A stretch of 64,000 nucleotides of DNA from positions 5,208,001 to 5,272,000 of the forward strand of contig OZ024753.1 in the NCBI GenBank assembly GCA_964016885.1, read 5' to 3'. The position numbers and the translations under genes were made by a program. The notes under the pieces were generated by a model. That model was given only the letters and a program-made list of their open reading frames with translations. It was not told the origin of the DNA and ran no database searches. Shown in pieces: positions 13,281 through 26,692 of this stretch. Within the stretch, counting starts at the first letter, position 1, and every line of letters begins with the position of its first letter. Source of the DNA: Eledone cirrhosa. Taxonomy: Eukaryota.

Positions 13281-13499
13281 TTAAATATCCCTTCTACTTA
13301 TATATATGTATATAAATCATAGCAATGAGGGAAGGTTATGATTTATAATGAGCTTGGTCTCTCTTCTTTGAGCGCCCTTGATCATATTGTAAGCTTCTAA
13401 CTCTATAATTTGATATATATATATATGGAGTGTCTATGGTGTTAAGCCCGGAAAGACAACTAATCAGAGTAGTAGTCAATGCATAATGGGATGTATATA

Positions 13500-13697
13500 T
13501 ATATTGACAGTCGGCAAGATTCCATTGGTCTTTTCAATTGCAAATACTATCTATTGGTCGCAAATCCAGGTAGAAGGATCAATGTGAAAAAAAATGTCTT
13601 GCTCAAGGACATAACACATTGCTCGGTCCAGGAATGGAACTCTCAACCTCATGATTACAAATTCAATTCTCTAACCACTCAGCCACGTGCTTTCACG
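13500..13697 (-). mobile_element. Group-A SINE head + CORE-like domain, alternative tail A2
   Basis: tRNA-like head tggctgagtggttagag, tccttgagcaagaca; tail shared with 26693-26920. Confidence 0.8.
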
Positions 13698-14526
13698 GGT
13701 CTTAAAGGGTCTTCCCAGCTATTGTGTGTACAATTTATATATATATCGTTATCATCATCAGCATGATTGATTATTTTTATGTTCACTTTACCATGATGGC
13801 ATGGGTGGGATGGGATGTTTTGAAACAATGTTTTACAATTGAATCTCCTTCCTAATGCCAACCCTTTTAGTTGTCTCTTATAACACCCAGGCATATAGTG
13901 TATCATTTAGCTATCTATATATAAATTTCTGCAATTCTGTCACAACTTGTAAAGAGAGAGGAGTAGTTTGACTACCTCATACTACTCCTCTCTCTTTATG
14001 TCTGATGCCTGCATGAATGTATGTGTGTGTAAAAGGAAGGAAGGAGATGGTGTGCTAAACTTACCAATGACTTTGTTCTCTCTATATATATATGTGTTTG
14101 TATAAATGTATGTTTGTGTGTTTGTGTAAATGTATGCGTGTGTGTTTGTGTGAATGCTTGTTTGTGAGTATGTATTTTTGTAAAAGTGTCTGTGTTTGCA
14201 CATTTCTATTAATATACCCATATATATAAATTTATGCATATGCACATACATACACACATATGCCTTAGCATATGGAAAAGAATTCTAGTACTAAAAACTT
14301 GAAAAATTATTTCATTATTTCTTAAGAAGATATCTAGAAGTAAAATTGTAAAATAGTAGACGTAGCTTGAGTCTAAGTCCATTATCGGTGCCTCATTATA
14401 TGTGAATGGTTCCTTAATGTTTCATGCCTCACTTCATATAGTTATATCACCTATTTACTTTAACACCTTCAATTTGGAGCAGACTACTGGTCTTTAATGG
14501 GCCCTTTGGCTGACTGGAGACATTAG

Positions 14527-14574
<48 letters not shown>

Positions 14575-14806
14575 AGGGTAGTAGATTGGCAGAATCGGTA
14601 GAGCATTGGACACCATGCTGTGCAGCATAGAGTTATGGTCCTTTATGATCTGAGTTCAAATCCTGCCGAGGTTAACTTTGCCTTTTGTCCTTACGTGATC
14701 GATAAAATAAAGTGCCAGTAACATACTGCAGTCGATTTAATCACCCCCCCCCCCCCCCAAAAAAAAAAATTACTGACCTTGTGCCTATACTAGAAATCAT
14801 TATTAT
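14575..14806 (+). mobile_element. Group-B SINE (B1) directly after a (TTA)n tract
   Basis: Full head, gagttcaaatcc, central domain and B1 tail. Confidence 0.9.
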
Positions 14807-15165
14807 GTATATGAGAGGAGTTAATCATGTTACTGTAACTCACCAAACCAATAACCAGCCTGTCTTCTCTTAATTTGGAAGTCTGCTGTAAAGTCATTTT
14901 CTATAAATTTTCCTTTTTCTCCTTTTTTTTTTTTCCTAATCTGCACTGTCTGGTACCAGATAAGTGTTTCTGCAGAAACTAAGTACCAAACCCTTAAGTA
15001 CAGCACCAGTAGTGAAATACAAAGTTTCAACTCCTTAATTGGAGGGCTGGAACATTTTTTTTTTTTTTTTGCTTGATTTAAACAATTCCCATAGTAAATC
15101 AAAAAGTTGGAATATTCATAAGAATGTTTAGGTTGAGAAACAGTCATAAATGTATTTCAGTTTCT

Positions 15166-15646
15166 TAACTCTTTCATTAATATATTTTTAATGAGAAACA
15201 TTACTTGAGCTTTTCAAATAATTTTGAAAATAATCAAAAATTTGAAGTATGTTAGTAATATATAACTTTCTATTTATTAACCCGTTAACGTTTAAACCGA
15301 CTGTATATGACCAGAATTCTCTCACCTCTTTCTCTTCAAACCAGCCATAACTGGCCACTCATACTGATGTTAAGGTATTGTTCTCAAAATAAATAATACC
15401 AAAATCTCATAGATTTGATATTATGTGAGATAATTATGTGAAATAAACTGTTTACTGTGAAAATACAATAGTAAATATAGAGTAATGTAAATGCTCAACG
15501 GTTAAGCTGGCATTTGAAGCATAACTTGATAAAAAGTTCCTACATAGAAGTATGATGAGAAGTTTTTATATATAAAGACTTTAAAATAAACAGCTCTGTG
15601 AGTGTCATAAAAGCAATTTCAGGTAGTTTGGTGCCAAGAGAATTAA
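15166..15646. mobile_element. TTAA MITE family 3 with a nested family-1 MITE (15277-15505)
   Basis: Outer parts match 51390-51646; inner part is TTAA-flanked and matches 40875-41103. Confidence 0.75.
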
Positions 15647-15924
15647 TGAAGCATGAAATCTTAGAATTTAGAAGGCTGTTGTATATATACAACAGCTATT
15701 TTTATATAATCATATATTCATAAGCTTCGACTGTTATTGATGTTTTATCATAACTATATAAGATATAGCAATTATAATATGATAAATTTACAAATTAAAA
15801 CAATTATATTGTGATAAATCTGGAATTACATTGTATTTTAAATAGAGAAAAATTAACTATTCAGTGCAAGTATAGCCTTTTTTTTTTCGTTATGGTTAAA
15901 CTAATTATTTACATATATTTTTTG

Positions 15925-16505
15925 TGTCTTTATTATTATTATTATTTCCATTATTATTTTTATTGCGCATCATTATTGTTTTACCGAGTACAGTTCTGTG
16001 CGCCTTGGCTATGAGCAGTGTAGTTTTTGCTGATGTTTCTATTGTATTGATAGTACTTTTCGTAATATGTGTGCAGTGCCTTGTAGTGCTATCTTTTGTA
16101 TGTTGTATATATTTGTAAGCCCTCAGTCGAGTTTTGGCAATGTATTTGTGTGTGTGTGTGTTTTTTTTTTTATCATTCCTAGAACACCTATTGTTATAGG
16201 TATTCCTTCTGTTTTCATTTTCTACATTCGAGTTATTTCTATCTCTAGATATTTATATTTGGAGAGTTTCTCTATTTCCTTGGAAGATATTTTGTCATCT
16301 GTAGGAATAGATACATCTATTTAAAGGCATTTTTTTTCTTTGTGGTCTTTGACTATAATATCTGGTCAGTTGGCCTTGATCTCTCTGTCTGTATGTATTG
16401 GCATATCCCAGAGAATGGTTGCTTTGCCATTCTCTAACTTTTTCTGGTGTGTGTTTGTACCATCTTTTTTTCTGTTGGTATTTTTTATTATTATTATTAT
16501 TATTT
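15925..16505 (-). mobile_element. Dong/R4-like non-LTR retrotransposon 3' fragment (restriction-like endonuclease)
   Basis: ILWDMPIHTDREIKAN*PDIIVKD...IDVSIPTD...KEIEKLSKY...IPITIGVLG...IQKIALQGTAHILRKVL; (TAA)n on both sides. Confidence 0.85.
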
Positions 16506-16638
16506 GACTATTTATCATGAGTAATTTGCTTCAGTTTAGTATTTGTTATCCCTTACAATTGTATAATCTTTTTTCTAGGTCTCTGTCTTTCTCCCTCTTT
16601 ATTATCACTCTTCTGACTTGAGTAAATTCTAAACTGAA

Positions 16639-16859
16639 TTAACCCTTTAGCATTTAAACCAGCCATATCCGGCCAGATTCTCTCACCTCTTTCTGTTCAA
16701 ACTGGTCATAACTGGCCACTCATACTTATGTTAAGGTATTGTTCTCAAAATAAATAATATCAAAATCTCATAGATTCGATATTATGTGAGATAATTATGT
16801 GAGATAAAGTGTTTACCACAAAAATACAATAGTATATATAGAATAATGTAAATGCTAAA
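16639..16859. mobile_element. TTAA MITE family 1
   Basis: ttaaccctttagcattt...aatgctaaa; last terminal bases missing. Confidence 0.9.
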
Positions 16860-17230
16860 CTGAATTAAAGTTTTATGCTAAGTAAACTGTTTTTTTTTTT
16901 TAACAGCCAAAGTTTAGAATTTATTGTTTGTTTTAGCGTTATCCATTTCTATTTTGATAGTTAATGTTTTATTTTACAATTGTTTTAAGTTTTCCTCTGC
17001 TGAAGTTTAAATAAGTTGTATTCTTATTTTAACATTGAAGTGATTGTGGCTACAAAAAAAAATATATACATATATATATATGTATATATATATTATATAG
17101 TTTCTATTTTATTTCTATAAAAATGTCACCAGAGTCTAGAGCAAGAAAAGCACAAACCATTAATATTTTGAATAGTTAATTTGTCCTGTAGTATATATCA
17201 AGTTAGCTCACTTTCAAGATAGAGACAGTT

Positions 17231-17394
17231 TTACCCCTTTAGCATTTACATTACTCTCTATATACTATTGTATTTTCACAATAAAGGCTTTATCTTACAT
17301 AATTATCTCACATAAGTATCAGTGGCCAGTTATTGAACAGAAAGTGGTGAGCAAATTCTGGTCGGATATGTTCGGTTTAAATGCTGAAGTTTAA
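17231..17394. mobile_element. TTAA MITE family 1, internally deleted
   Basis: Both termini recognisable, middle missing. Confidence 0.8.
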
Positions 17395-18282
17395 AGAAGT
17401 TGTAGATATCAAGTTAGTTCCCTTTCAAAATAGAGAAAGTTTTAAATAAATCTGTTCCTTTCTAAAGTTTAAATTTTCTGGTGGTTATATCGTGGAGAAA
17501 ATCAACCATGTCTCAAATATATACTTTATAAATATTGATACTGGTTCAAAACACCAGTTTTAAATTGTATGTACACTCACATGGCAGTGTGAAAATAACA
17601 CGAGACATGTAATGGAAATGGTGCAACTAAATATTTAGAAAACAGTTGAAACATATGGCAAACATGTTATGGCATGTAAGAAAATATGAAAATGCTTTCT
17701 GTATGTTTCAGGATGCTTCGATGCAATCTGACACATTGAGGACACCCTGGAAAGACTGTTGTGTATGATAATGATCCACTTAAAGGGTGTTTAGTTAACT
17801 GTCAAAGACTTGGTACCAAAGTCACCTTTCATCTTTCCAGGATCAATAAATATGACACCAGTTTAAGATGATGGATTGGTGGAATGGTAGAACTGTAGGA
17901 TGGTCAGAACATTGAATGGGATCAGTTTAAGATGGTAGAATGATAGAATAGTTAAAACATGTTAAAAATCTATGTTAAAATAAAATAAGAGTAAATTATT
18001 ATTTGATTACCGAAAGTCTATAAAGGAACAAAATTACTTGAATTTTAAAACTATGATATTGAACATTTTTTTAAAGTCATTAGAAGTAGACTGCCATTAA
18101 TTCGCTAATTAAATTTAGAGGAAAATTGTATTTGATAAAAAAATCTTTATACAATTTTCCATTTTGGAATTTTGGAATTTTCCTTTCTAATGTTTTAAAC
18201 TTTGATTTTAAAAATTATCTGATGGTGCTAAAATCTTTTTAACAATGATTTCTTGAATTCATGTTTCAAATATTAAATTCTA

Positions 18283-18500
18283 ACCACATGCCCATAGAAT
18301 CGGAATTATGATCTCTCAATTCGGAGAAGTAGCAGCTCTACCTGGAGTGATTTTCTGATCTCTAAGCTACTCACTTTATTGAGTAACGTTACTCCAAAGA
18401 TCCTTCAGAGGAATCTCATTTTGGTCGCTTGTATTCATGATCATATTCTTTCGGTTATTACCCAAGATTGGCACGAAAAGAGGCATAAGTGGCAAAGAGG
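18283..18500 (-). mobile_element. Rex3/Expander-like RTE LINE fragment
   Basis: Minus translation resembles IQA..MRFL.RI.GVTLL.KV.S.EIR..LQVELLLLRIERS; homologous to 32575-32920 and 59980-60382. Confidence 0.8.
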
Positions 18501-18708
18501 AAGAAGAAATATTAAATTTAAAATTGGCTTTGTAGCAGATACCTTTCCTAAAAAGCTATTATTTTAATTCAAAAGTATCATCATCATCATCATCGTTAAC
18601 ATCAACAACAATAACAACACTAAATGGTCAGACAAAGGGATTCACTCATTTCAAATAAAAAAGAAGAGTAACTTGAAATATATAAATTTATTGTGATAAG
18701 TTACATCT

Positions 18709-18908
18709 TTAACCCTTTAGCACTTAAACCAGCCAGAATTCTCTCACCTCTTTCTGTTCAAACTGGCTGTAACCAGCCCCTCATAGCGATGTTAAGGTAT
18801 TCTTCTCAAAATAAATAATATTAAAATCACGTAGATTCGATATAATGTGAGATAAAAGCTTTTCTGTGAAAATACAATAGTAAATATAGAGTAATGTTAA
18901 AGGGTTAA
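18709..18908. mobile_element. TTAA MITE family 1
   Basis: ttaaccctttagc...taaagggttaa. Confidence 0.9.
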
Positions 18909-19069
18909 GGCAGGACTGAAACTTTGGAACTCTTCAAACCATTATGCTACACTACTCAAACCATTGTTTCTTCAAGACACTTAACTAAGCTACAGAAAGA
19001 AAACACTTCAATATCTTAGGATTCATTATTTTTTCTGATTCTATAATTTGTTGTAATTTTGCCACAACA

Positions 19070-19700
19070 TAAATCTGGGTTTACAAGAGATGCAGTAGGA
19101 TCATAAGTATAATAACAAAGAAAGAATTCATATTTAGCAGCAGATGCAGAGAATTAATTAGAAGTAAAAGCACCTATAAAATAGATTCTTTAAAATGCTC
19201 CAAAGGCTCCTTAGAAGTATTAGATGGTTTCTGTTACTTAAGTGATGCAATTAGCAGTAGCAAAGGCTGTTCCAAAACCATTGTGGCAACAAAGAATTTT
19301 CTTTCTATGATTGAAAGGAAGATTATGTCATGTCATACTTGTATAAGAAGTGCAATGTTACATTGTAGCAGAACAGGCATTGAGTGTAAAGGTTGCATGA
19401 AAGGTGGAGAAAAATTAAGTGAACCTACTCCACTGGGTGTGTAATGTTAACATACACAAAATGAGTTAAGAGAAAAAAAACCTGGATATGAAAAGCTTCG
19501 AATGGAATTTTGTTAAAAGAGAAAACCAAACTTTTATTAACATCTAATACATATGGAGGATAGCAGTTGTGTAAAGAAGGGATCCGAGTGGAAAAGATCT
19601 AAGGAAGAGGAAGACCAAGGTAGACAGCCATGAGAAGAAAAGGGATGACAAAAGACAACCATAAGTTGCGAGACACTGAACTTGAGAATATCTATCCAAC
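19070..19700 (+). mobile_element. Older degraded relative of the RTE LINE at 22926-24241
   Basis: WVYKRCS, LEVLDGFCYLSDAIS, CIRSAMLH, HLIHMEDSSCVKK and GRGRPR patches in the same order. Confidence 0.7.
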
Positions 19701-19792
19701 CAATGAAAGCATGGAAAATTAATATAAAATTATGATGTATGTATGTATGTATGTATGACTGAATATATATGTATAATGTGTGTGTGTGTGTA

Positions 19793-19838
<46 letters not shown>

Positions 19839-20185
19839 ATATGTATATATATATATATATAATCAAATTTTGTTTGACTGGGAATTGAAACTTTACTGTA
19901 GTCTGATTCCCATTAAGGTATCATTTATAAAAGGTGGTGGTGATGGGTGGGGGGGGGGGGCAATTCTGTTGAAAGCAACACTTGAACTGTTCTCATTATT
20001 CTTGATAATTATTCCACTTGTGTTGCTGTCATATTCTCTGTTTTAGAAGAGTCACTAAGTCTAACCTCCGCTTACAGTTGGAAACTCTCTTTTTAGTCTG
20101 CTTCTATTATTTATATTTTAGCTTATTTAGTTTATCTTTTTACTTGTTTAGTTTGTTTTTATGCCAGAAAAATTAATGCACCACT

Positions 20186-20317
20186 TTATATATATATATA
20201 AATGTATATGTACATTAATATAATATAATATAGATATATATAATTATATATATATATAAATGTATATATATATATAATATATATATATATTATATATATA
20301 TATATTTATATATAATA

Positions 20318-20396
<79 letters not shown>

Positions 20397-20481
20397 ATAC
20401 ATGTGTCTGTCTGTATGTGTACATATATAATATATGTAAATATATATATTGGAGGTAAATAAAAGATGAATATATATTATA

Positions 20482-20520
<39 letters not shown>

Positions 20521-20582
20521 TATATATATAAATATATATATATAAATATATAATATATATTCATCTTTTATTTCCCTCCAAT
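20186..20582. repeat. (TA)n-rich tract containing an inverted repeat
   Basis: Direct inspection; arms at 20448-20500 and 20530-20582. Confidence 0.9.
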
Positions 20583-21104
20583 TTTATTTCATTTGACATT
20601 CTATGTTATAACTAGTAAAAAAAAGAAAACACCAACAGCAACAACAATAAAAAAAACAAAAACAAGAAAAGAAAACAGAATTTAGTTGTTGTTTTTAATG
20701 TGGTCAGAAGCAAGGAAGTGTGTAAATATAATGAGGCAAAGAGCTCTCCTGAAACAGAAACAGCAAAACAGAAACAGCTCGAATATATTTTGTTTCAAAT
20801 GTTTGCTGATAGCAATCTACTTTTCCTGGTGTGTATTCTTGTAGTAGACTATATGCATACATAGATTTCTTGTAGAATATGTGTTCATAGAAGCCTTGTA
20901 CTTAGAGAAACTTTTCTGTATTTCATAGCAAATTCTAATGAGGTCACAACTCTTGATATTCAGAGCATTAAATTACATTTGCCTTTTTCTCGCTTTCTTC
21001 CTTCCTTCTTTTTTTTTTTTTTTTTTATTTTTTTTTACATTTTTCCACTTGAAATACTGCATAAGCTTTGCTTTCCTTTATTTATAAATATTTGTTTTTA
21101 TAGG

Positions 21105-22195
<1,091 letters not shown>

Positions 22196-22682
22196 TACCC
22201 TAATACTTTTAATTTCAGTTTGCAACTAATTAAACACATTTCTGATTATATGACAGCATTGGCTAATTTAGAAATATTTAGAAAATATTTACCATGGCAC
22301 CATTTTGAAAAACACTCTACACATGACAATATATATAATATATACACATGACAATATATATAAAATATATATACATGACAATATATAAGATATATACACA
22401 TGACAATATATAAAATATATACACAAGGCAATATATGTAATATATATACATGACAATATATAAGATATATACACATGACAATATATAAAATATATACACA
22501 AGGCAATATATGTAATATATACACATGACAGTATATAAAATATATACACATGACAATATATATATATTACATACACATGTCTGTATATAACACACTAAAC
22601 ACATGACAATATATATAATGACAATATATATAATATATAAACATGATAATATATAAAATATATACACATGACAACATATATA

Positions 22683-22868
22683 ATTGTTTCTACTTTTCGG
22701 CACAATGCCAGCAATTACCCAGTGCATTACTGGTACTTTATTTTATCGACCCCGTAAGGATGAAAGGCAAAGTTAACCTCGGCGGGATTTGAACTCAGAA
22801 TGGCAAGGGCCGTAACTCTATGCATCAAAGCATGGCATCCGACCCTCTACCGATACTGCCAATCCACT
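22683..22868 (-). mobile_element. Group-B SINE (B1)
   Basis: Reverse complement of 2271-2464 type; many CpGs retained, so probably young. Confidence 0.9.
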
Positions 22869-22925
22869 ACAATATATATAATATATACACATGACAATAT
22901 TTAAAATATGTACGCATGCAATATG

Positions 22926-24241
22926 TACAACAGATGCCCACTTCTTGGTGAGACAATTACAAGAGAGGTTCTTAGAGAAGAATAAGCCATTATACTTAGC
23001 CTTTATTGACCTAGAGAAGACCTTTGATAGGGTACCCCTATCTGTCATCTGGTGGTCCCTAAGGAAACTAGGTGTTGAGGAATGGCTTGTGAGGACAGTG
23101 CAAACTTTGTACAGAGGTGCTGTCAGTAAAGTCAGGGTAGGAATGGAGTTTAGTGAGGAATTCCAGATACAAGTAGGAGTACATCAAGGTTTGGTCCTCA
23201 GTTTGCTCTTGTTCATTATAGTCCTCCAAGCCATAACAGAGGAGTTTAAGACTGGCTGTCCATGGGAACTTCTCTATGCTGACAATCTGGTTCTTATAGC
23301 AGAATCAGTAGACGACCTAAAGAATAAATTCTGGCTATGGAAACAGCAGTTGGAAGCAAGAGGACTGAGAGTGAACCTAGCTAAGACAAAAGTGTTGATG
23401 AGTAGGAAAGAGGACAAAACTCTGATTCCGTCAGGGAAATGGCCATGTTCGATATGCAGAAAAGGAACTAGCATAAATTCTATAAAATGCACCCAATACA
23501 GATCCTGGGTACACAAGAGATGTAGTGGGATAGCAGGCAAACTAACAGGTAGGGAGAAATACATATGCAGTAGATATACAGGGAAATTAGACAGTAGAAG
23601 TTGCATTGATAGACACATTTTTCAAATGCAGGCGGATACTATAGAAGTGGTGAATAGCTTCCGGTACCTAGGAGATCAGATTAGCATCGGAGGGGGTGTT
23701 CCGAGGCCATAGTATCTAGAATAAGGACGGGTTGGAAGCAGAAGAGGGGTTTCTCTCTGCGTTCGAAAGGCCAGTTATATGATGCTTGTGTGAGGAGCGC
23801 GATGCTGCATGGTAGTGAGACATGGGCAGCAACTGCAGAGGATATGCGACGGCTGGAGAGAAATGAGGCAAGCATGCTCCGTTGGATGTGCAATGTCAAT
23901 GTGCATGAACGACCCAGCATGAATGTGTTGACAGAGAAACTGTGTCTGAGAGGGATAGAATGTAGTGTGCGAGAGAGGAGACTGAGGTGGTATGGACATG
24001 TGATGCGCATGGAGGATGACCGATGGGTGAAGAAATGCCAGGAAATGCCAGTTGAGGGAAGACGTGGTAGAGGTAGACCATGAAAAACATAGGTGGAGGT
24101 GGTGAGAGCAGACCTCATATCACTGAAGCTCACGGTGGAGATGACGAAGGACCGTGACAAGTGGAGAGATGCTGTGCTGAATAAGACCCGTTCCCCCCTT
24201 GCAAGCAGGGAAAAGCGGACATAAAAATTATGATGATGATG
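22926..24241 (+). mobile_element. 5'-truncated, inactive RTE-clade LINE (reverse transcriptase pseudogene)
   Basis: FIDLEKTFDRVP, GVHQG, LLYADN (YADD mutated), FRYLG, LHGSETW, RRLRWYGHVMR, GRRGRGRP; frameshift near 23700, stop at 24081; (ATG)n tail. Confidence 0.95.
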
Positions 24242-24485
24242 ACAGTATATAACACTATATAAACATCACAATAAATAAAATATATGCACATGACAATATA
24301 TGAAATATATACATATGACAATATATATAAAATATGTACACATGTCAATATACATAATATATATATGACAATATATAGCACACTATACACATGACAATAT
24401 ATAAAATATATTCACATGACAGTATATAAAATATATACACATGATAATATATAAAATATATTCACATGACAATATATAAAATATG

Positions 24486-24868
24486 TGAAGGCACATGGCT
24501 TAGTGGTTAGAGCATTGGCCTTGCAATCGAAAGGTTGTGAGTTCAATTCTCAGACCGGGTGATGTGTTGTTTCCTTGAGCAAGACACTTTATTTCACATT
24601 GCTCCAGTTTACTCAGCTGTATGAGATGATAGGACTGGGGGTCCCTTTCATTCCACTGCAAAGTGGTCGTGGAGGTGCCACGGCAAAAAAAGAACCCAGT
24701 CCACACTGTAAAGTAAACATGTAGGCACCACGGAAAAAAAGCACCCAGCACTCACTGTAAATGAGGTTGGTATTAGGAAGGACATCCAGCTGTAGAAATC
24801 AAGCCAGAATCAGTTCCCCTTCCACCCTTGCAAGCAGGGAAAAGCAAACATAAAATGATGATGATGAT
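24486..24868 (+). mobile_element. Full-length group-A SINE: tRNA-like head, CORE-like domain, internal subrepeats, RTE-type tail
   Basis: A box tggcttagtgg, B box gttcaattc, tccttgagcaagacactt (resembles MIR/CORE ccttgggcaagtcactt), tail cccttgcaagcagggaaaag...(ATG)n. Confidence 0.9.
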
Positions 24869-25765
24869 ATACGTGACAATATATAAAATATATACACGAG
24901 ACAATTCTGTTAATAAATTCCCTACATTTTTTATTGTGCCAATGATCATATTTTTTACATGAAATTTCAAATATTTACTCCTATTCCTCATTTACATTTG
25001 CAGTACTCATTAAAATATCATCAAAAACAGTTTATTAACTCTATTAATTATAATTAGTTGCTGACTAATATAATTTCTTTTCCTCACCACATATTATTTC
25101 TAGTTAACATGTCTAATGTATGAAACACTAAGTTGCTTATTAACTGTACAATTAGTTTCTAATAGAGTTGGTATTGGTTTACAGCAGCTCTTGTGAAATT
25201 CTCCATAGATGTTCATTGATAAATTATACTTGTTTTCCTTGAATACTTAGAGTTTTTTGTTTTAACTTAGATAGCCACAAACATACCCTTTCACATTTCT
25301 AAGTCGTGCTACAACAAAAAAAATAGGAAACGTTTTAGTGTTTTTTTTCTGCTACTACTACTACTACTAAATTATTAGGTAAACAGATACCAAAAGTAAT
25401 AAACACTTTTAATGGAGTAATTTCTGAAAGTCTGTTGTTTCTCTGGACAAAAACCATTTATTCTGGTTAAAATAATAAAGGAGGAACAATGCCTAACACT
25501 TATACAGACAGGTTTACCAAGATTGGGGAGATTGAGGCAGTTGATGATCAACTTGAAAATCAATAGTTTGAGGTTTTCTGGGAAAATATGAGCATAGAGT
25601 GAGTACCATGAAGTCACTAATCTGGGGAGCAGGAACTGCATAAAGTGTTTTGGAGTTGATCATTGTTACTTGTAATATTCTGGTGTCTTATCGAAAGGAA
25701 GACTTCTTATTTCTTATCAGCTCAACACCTTAAAGTTTAGAACTATGATGATAACACCTTAAAGT

Positions 25766-25994
25766 TTAACCCTTTAGCATTTACATTATTCTATATTTAC
25801 TATTGTATTTTCACAGTAAAGGCTTTATCTTACATAATTATTTCATGTAATATCGAATCTATGAGCTTTTGATGTTATTTATTTTGAGAACAATACCTTA
25901 ATGTAGGTATGAGCAGCCAGTTACAGCCTGTTTAAACAGAAAAAGATGAGAAGGTTTTGGTCGGATACGGCTGGTTTAAATGCTAAAGTGTTAA
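25766..25994. mobile_element. TTAA MITE family 1 inserted in a short 29-bp tandem repeat
   Basis: TTAA at both ends; aactatgatgataacaccttaaagttta on both flanks. Confidence 0.9.
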
Positions 25995-26692
25995 AACTAT
26001 GATGATAACACCTTAAAGTTTAGAGCTATGAAATACTTTGATGATAACTATAAATATTTCAAATAACCATCATCAGCATACTTTTTTTTCTCAATTGTGA
26101 AGTGGTAGTGGTGGTGCCATGATAACTCAGTCCACCCTGTTAAGAGGTAATGGTAGGACCCCAATAAAAAAACATCCAGTCCACCCTGGAAAGTGGTAGT
26201 ACTGGTGCCATGATAAAAAACATCCAGTCCACCCTGTTAAGTGGTAGTGCTGGTGCCACGATAACTCATTTTAGCTCTGAGTCACTCATTTAGCTCTGAG
26301 CTACTCATTATTTATCTCTGAGCAACTCACAATTCAATATTTCATTCATATACTGCCATGTTACACTCAAGTTTATAAAGCTTGGTTAACAAAACCTCTT
26401 TTACTAATAACCTTCAGCCTCTAATCCACTGCTGGAGTAAACCATTTATTTGCCACTTCAATTATTTTTTTGATCCTGCAAGGTTTTATTTGATTAAATA
26501 CAATGGGAGTTCTTTATCTACCAATCACCTCTTATACTTATACTGCTTCCAAGTCTTATATAAATCACATTCTTTATTTAGTCATTTCTCATTAATACTT
26601 TCTGGTTTCTTGAAAAGTTTAAACTTAGTATCAAGAAAAAAAAACAACTAATTAAGTAAAGTACTTGAAGTTGACTGTTTTTATCATCCCAA

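Larger units (their letters stand above)
22318..24903. repeat. About 24-bp AT-rich minisatellite interrupted by three retroelements
   Basis: Unit acatgacaatatataaaatatatac at 22318-22682, 22869-22925, 24242-24485, 24869-24903. Confidence 0.9.

Noticed and set aside
23274-24160. Minus-strand ORFs of 64-159 aa
   Set aside because: Antisense shadows of the RTE coding sequence
24486-24560. tRNA gene
   Set aside because: A and B boxes present but no complete cloverleaf; continues into SINE body and recurs in diverged copies
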